A stretch of DNA of 20,000 bases from an uncultured virus (IMG/VR IMGVR_UViG_3300034072_000228) (lineage: Duplodnaviria; Heunggongvirae; Uroviricota; Caudoviricetes). A program made the translations under genes and the position numbers. Within the stretch, counting starts at the first letter, position 1; every line of letters begins with the position of its first letter. The notes beneath the pieces were generated by a model. That model saw only the letters and a list, made by a program, of their open reading frames with translations, had not been told where the DNA came from and ran no database searches. Below are positions 17,553 through 20,000 of the stretch, in pieces. The stretch lies in IMG/VR virus record IMGVR_UViG_3300034072_000228; one strand, written 5' to 3'.

Positions 17553-18502
17553 ATATACCTTCCGCGGGTCTTGCCACGCTTTGCAATACCATCACCACGG
17601 CTAGAAGCAGATCCTACCTTACCGCCGCGCTTCATACCCATCTCAATCACATCATCACTACGGCTGGATCCGCCAAGCTGTCTACGCTTATTAGCTTGTG
17701 TCTCAAGCCTTGCTTTACCCATGTTCTTTTCAAATGGAAGCCGACCGCGTGGTGACTCTAACTGAGGCATGGACTCACGGCGCTTTACCAAGTCCTTCCC
17801 TTTGGCGGCAAGTTCTCCACCTCTTGTAGCCAAATCACCGCCACGGATAGCTACCTCAGCACTCTTTGCAGCTTTTTGTGGTACCGTAAGAGCTTTTGCC
17901 GCCTCCTGCGGAATCCTTGGCTCAACCCTGGCTTTTGCTGCTTGCGGTGCTAGCTTAGCTGCTAGTCCAGCCCCGGCAGCTTTTAGACCCTTCAATAACG
18001 GTCCACCTACAAGATTCATCTCTGGCGTCACGCGCTCAATGGGCTTGTCATAAGCTTTCAGCCGCTCAATCTCAGCCTTTACATCTTTCTTATCAGAAGG
18101 TTTGATCTCTGCTTTAGGCGCTGCTTTAGGTGCCGCCCTAGGAGTTTCTGCCTTTACCGCGGGTTTTGTTGCAGTCTTTGTAGGCGCACGGCTAAATCCT
18201 GCTGTGCTTGGCTCAACTAACTCTGTATCACCTTTTGCCTCTATACGGGGTTTAGTCATGATAGGGCTAGGCGTGGCAACACTTGTTTCGGCCCGTGGGC
18301 CTCTTAGCATCGCCTGGTCCATGGCCGCAGCATCTCGTGCCTCGCGCATGGCAATTCCCATGGCACGGTCTTTGTCTGCGCCACCTGACATTACCGCTTC
18401 ACCAGAACTAGAGCGAACAATCTCTCCGCTGCTATCCCTTAGCGGCTCCCGATCAATATCCGGAATATCACCGCCCTCTTGGAACCGCCTGCGCTTCTTC
18501 AT
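17549..18502 (-). CDS. Basic, largely disordered hypothetical protein (317 aa)
   Basis: Ala/Lys/Pro-rich; N-terminal RRFQEGG; C-terminal MKRGG...GDGIAKRGKTRG; GGGGG RBS. Confidence 0.82.
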   Translation of the reverse strand: MKKRRRFQEGGDIPDIDREPLRDSSGEIVRSSSGEAVMSGGADKDRAMGIAMREARDAAAMDQAMLRGPRAETSVATPSPIMTKPRIEAKGDTELVEPSTAGFSRAPTKTATKPAVKAETPRAAPKAAPKAEIKPSDKKDVKAEIERLKAYDKPIERVTPEMNLVGGPLLKGLKAAGAGLAAKLAPQAAKARVEPRIPQEAAKALTVPQKAAKSAEVAIRGGDLATRGGELAAKGKDLVKRRESMPQLESPRGRLPFEKNMGKARLETQANKRRQLGGSSRSDDVIEMGMKRGGKVGSASSRGDGIAKRGKTRGRYI

Positions 18503-18524
18503 ACTACCCCCTACTTTAGTAGCA

Positions 18525-18546
18525 AATTCCGCCCATGGGCGGAATT
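18525..18546. promoter_or_regulatory. Perfect 22-bp palindrome AATTCCGCCCATGGGCGGAATT (hairpin, weak terminator or binding site)
   Basis: Equal to its own reverse complement. Occupies the largest intergenic gap in the window, directly after a TAA, and is followed by only a short T run on the minus strand. Confidence 0.6.
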
Positions 18547-18808
18547 ACTTCATCTTGATCATCGTGCCTTTGGTCTTACCGCGCTTTGCACATCCATCAG
18601 CAGCGGTTACATAGCCACCATTCTTGAACATCTTGCCAAGGTTGGGACGCTTGTCTAGCTTACGCAGCTTCTCATCTTCCATCTGCTGCTGCATAGCACC
18701 GCTTTCTTTGACCGTGGGGACGGTATCAAAGTTAGGGTTGTAAATGGAATCGCCGTGGTAACCACGGCCTTGACGAGGGTCATCTCTATTCATTCTTGCC
18801 ATGGTCAT
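18545..18808 (-). CDS. Small hypothetical protein with basic C-terminus (87 aa)
   Basis: C-terminal KMFKNGGYVTAADGCAKRGKTKG; ATGA overlap. Confidence 0.8.
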   Translation of the reverse strand: MTMARMNRDDPRQGRGYHGDSIYNPNFDTVPTVKESGAMQQQMEDEKLRKLDKRPNLGKMFKNGGYVTAADGCAKRGKTKGTMIKMK

Positions 18809-19056
18809 TTCCTTTCAGAGAGGGCATCAATTTTTGCTTCAAGCCTTGCAAAGCCAGCGTCAAAGCGTTCACAAATCTTTTCCATGTCTGCGCGAACTTC
18901 TGCGCGAGTGATGTGATCACGGGCAATTTCCTCCCGAGTTTTGTTCAATAGGATCTGGATGCGTTTCTGTTCATCTGAAGCTAGTTTCAACATAAACATC
19001 ACCAGACCCACAAAGAATGATGTGATGAGATTCCAAACAAGAGCACCGGTTTCCAT
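18805..19056 (-). CDS. Membrane-anchored coiled-coil protein (83 aa)
   Basis: Hydrophobic LVWNLITSFFVGLVMFML followed by a heptad-like tail ending FARLEAKIDAL. A lysis role is possible but unproven. Confidence 0.75.
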   Translation of the reverse strand: METGALVWNLITSFFVGLVMFMLKLASDEQKRIQILLNKTREEIARDHITRAEVRADMEKICERFDAGFARLEAKIDALSERK

Positions 19057-19344
19057 TTAGCACTTCCATCTACGTCTTGCCTGCCGTATCCGGCTATTAG
19101 GATCTTTAGCTGCTTCAGGGAATTGCTTCATCTGGCCGGCCGATCGCGCACAGAAAGACTTCCTGCGGGCGGCATCTTTTGGGCCAGGGTTATCACTGGT
19201 CACAGCCGTCTTGAGTTTGCTGCCAGGATTAGCCTTGCGATAAGCTGCAACGCCTTTCTCCGTCATGCCAGCGCCTTGCTTGGTAGGGCGGAAATTGCCT
19301 GACTTCACTGAAGTGGCAATCCCCATGCCCTTGGCCTTAGCCAT
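19057..19344 (-). CDS. DUF6321-like small basic protein (95 aa; start revised from 19389 to 19344)
   Basis: AYRKANPGSKLK...RRKSFCARS.GQ...KDPNSRIRQARRRWKC. The ATG of MAKAKG overlaps the upstream stop (ATGGCTAA). Confidence 0.78.
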   Translation of the reverse strand: MAKAKGMGIATSVKSGNFRPTKQGAGMTEKGVAAYRKANPGSKLKTAVTSDNPGPKDAARRKSFCARSAGQMKQFPEAAKDPNSRIRQARRRWKC

Positions 19345-19621
19345 AAAACACCGTGACTTTTGCAGACGTTGGTAGCGTGACATGGACATCTGTGTAAAAC
19401 AGAATGCCCTCGCCAGGAATCAAGTTTGCAAACGGGTTATTTGTATTGGCAGGGATATTAAATTGCAACCGGATAGTGCCACTAGCACCACCGTCACGGA
19501 AAATAATATCGCCTGCTGTACCCCCAGAGAGGCACTGATAACCCTTGACACGCACTCGGCCTGATACTGCCGTCCCTGTAGCTTCTACATGGGACGACTT
19601 AACATCGGTTTGCATCCCCAT
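19337..19621 (-). CDS. Small beta-rich virion protein, possibly head decoration (94 aa)
   Basis: MQTDVKS...RVKG...FRDGGASG...IPGEGILF...VTVFYG; AGGAG RBS. Confidence 0.72.
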   Translation of the reverse strand: MGMQTDVKSSHVEATGTAVSGRVRVKGYQCLSGGTAGDIIFRDGGASGTIRLQFNIPANTNNPFANLIPGEGILFYTDVHVTLPTSAKVTVFYG

Positions 19622-19633
19622 GATGCACTCCTA

Positions 19634-20000
19634 TTAGCTATCGCTGAATGGTGTAACTAGGACGCCAGATCCAAGCAGATTCCCTTGGACAAGGTATTTT
19701 GCAGATGCAATGGCAGTAAAGGTAATGATCGACCCTGCGATCCCGCCCTTGGTCGTACCGTTTAAGGTACAGACATCATTGGACGCACCAGAGATAAAGG
19801 TCTTACCATCAGCGCCATCATCAATACCAATAAACACACCGCCCACGAACTTGTCCGTTCCATCGGTCTGGAAGACCAGCGCAGATGCTGTGGTTTCAAC
19901 AACGAACGAGTAGGTCGTTCCAATGTTGTTAGCGCTATTGGGATCAGCGCCAGGGCCGGAGCTGGAAGGATAAGCCGTTGCAATAATGGTCGGTAAGGTA
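19634..20000 (-). CDS. Probable head-associated structural protein (5'-truncated)
   Basis: The frame of the track ORF 19634..19846 stays open to the edge: TLPTIIATAYPSSSGPGADPNSANNIGTTYSFVVETTASALVFQTDGTDKFVGGVFIG...TLNGTTKGGIAGS...TPFSDS*. Confidence 0.75.
   Translation of the reverse strand, partial: TLPTIIATAYPSSSGPGADPNSANNIGTTYSFVVETTASALVFQTDGTDKFVGGVFIGIDDGADGKTFISGASNDVCTLNGTTKGGIAGSIITFTAIASAKYLVQGNLLGSGVLVTPFSDS

Noticed and set aside
17290..18600. GKT in the C-terminal boxes as a Walker A motif
   Set aside because: It lies at the end of short or disordered proteins, with no preceding beta-strand, Walker B or NTPase fold.
596..19913. All plus-strand ORFs in the track
   Set aside because: They lie antisense to coherent, coupled minus-strand genes and show no recognisable motifs; treated as shadow ORFs.
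1..20000. Stop-codon reassignment; tRNA/rRNA genes
   Set aside because: TAA, TAG and TGA all end genes at coupled junctions, coding density is near complete under the standard code, and no gap is large enough for an RNA gene.

Overview
A 20-kb piece of a tailed dsDNA phage (probably podovirus-like) covering the late/virion module. All credible genes are on the minus strand and tightly coupled by ATGA-type overlaps or gaps of a few bases. In transcription order (right to left): two probable head-associated proteins; a run of small Lys/Met-rich proteins (DUF6321-like, DUF6496-like and others) plus a TM/coiled-coil protein; a giant 2849-aa repeat protein with a 44-proline tract; an adaptor-like protein; a free-standing single-motif LAGLIDADG endonuclease; a CxxC/CxxC protein; two more small basic proteins; a second adaptor-like protein; a conserved virion protein; a 30-aa Trp-repeat micro-ORF; and three tail fibre/adhesin genes, the last running off the left edge. 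Three genes missing from the ORF track were found (1..1696, 4992..5084, 6459..6629) and three starts were corrected. The most notable signals are a shared [FYM]-x-x-G-G motif and C-terminal GxA(K/T)(R/K)GKT(K/R)G box across the basic proteins, the giant protein's architecture, and the LAGLIDADG insertion flanked by an 8-bp direct repeat. Family assignments come from motif recognition only; no searches were run.
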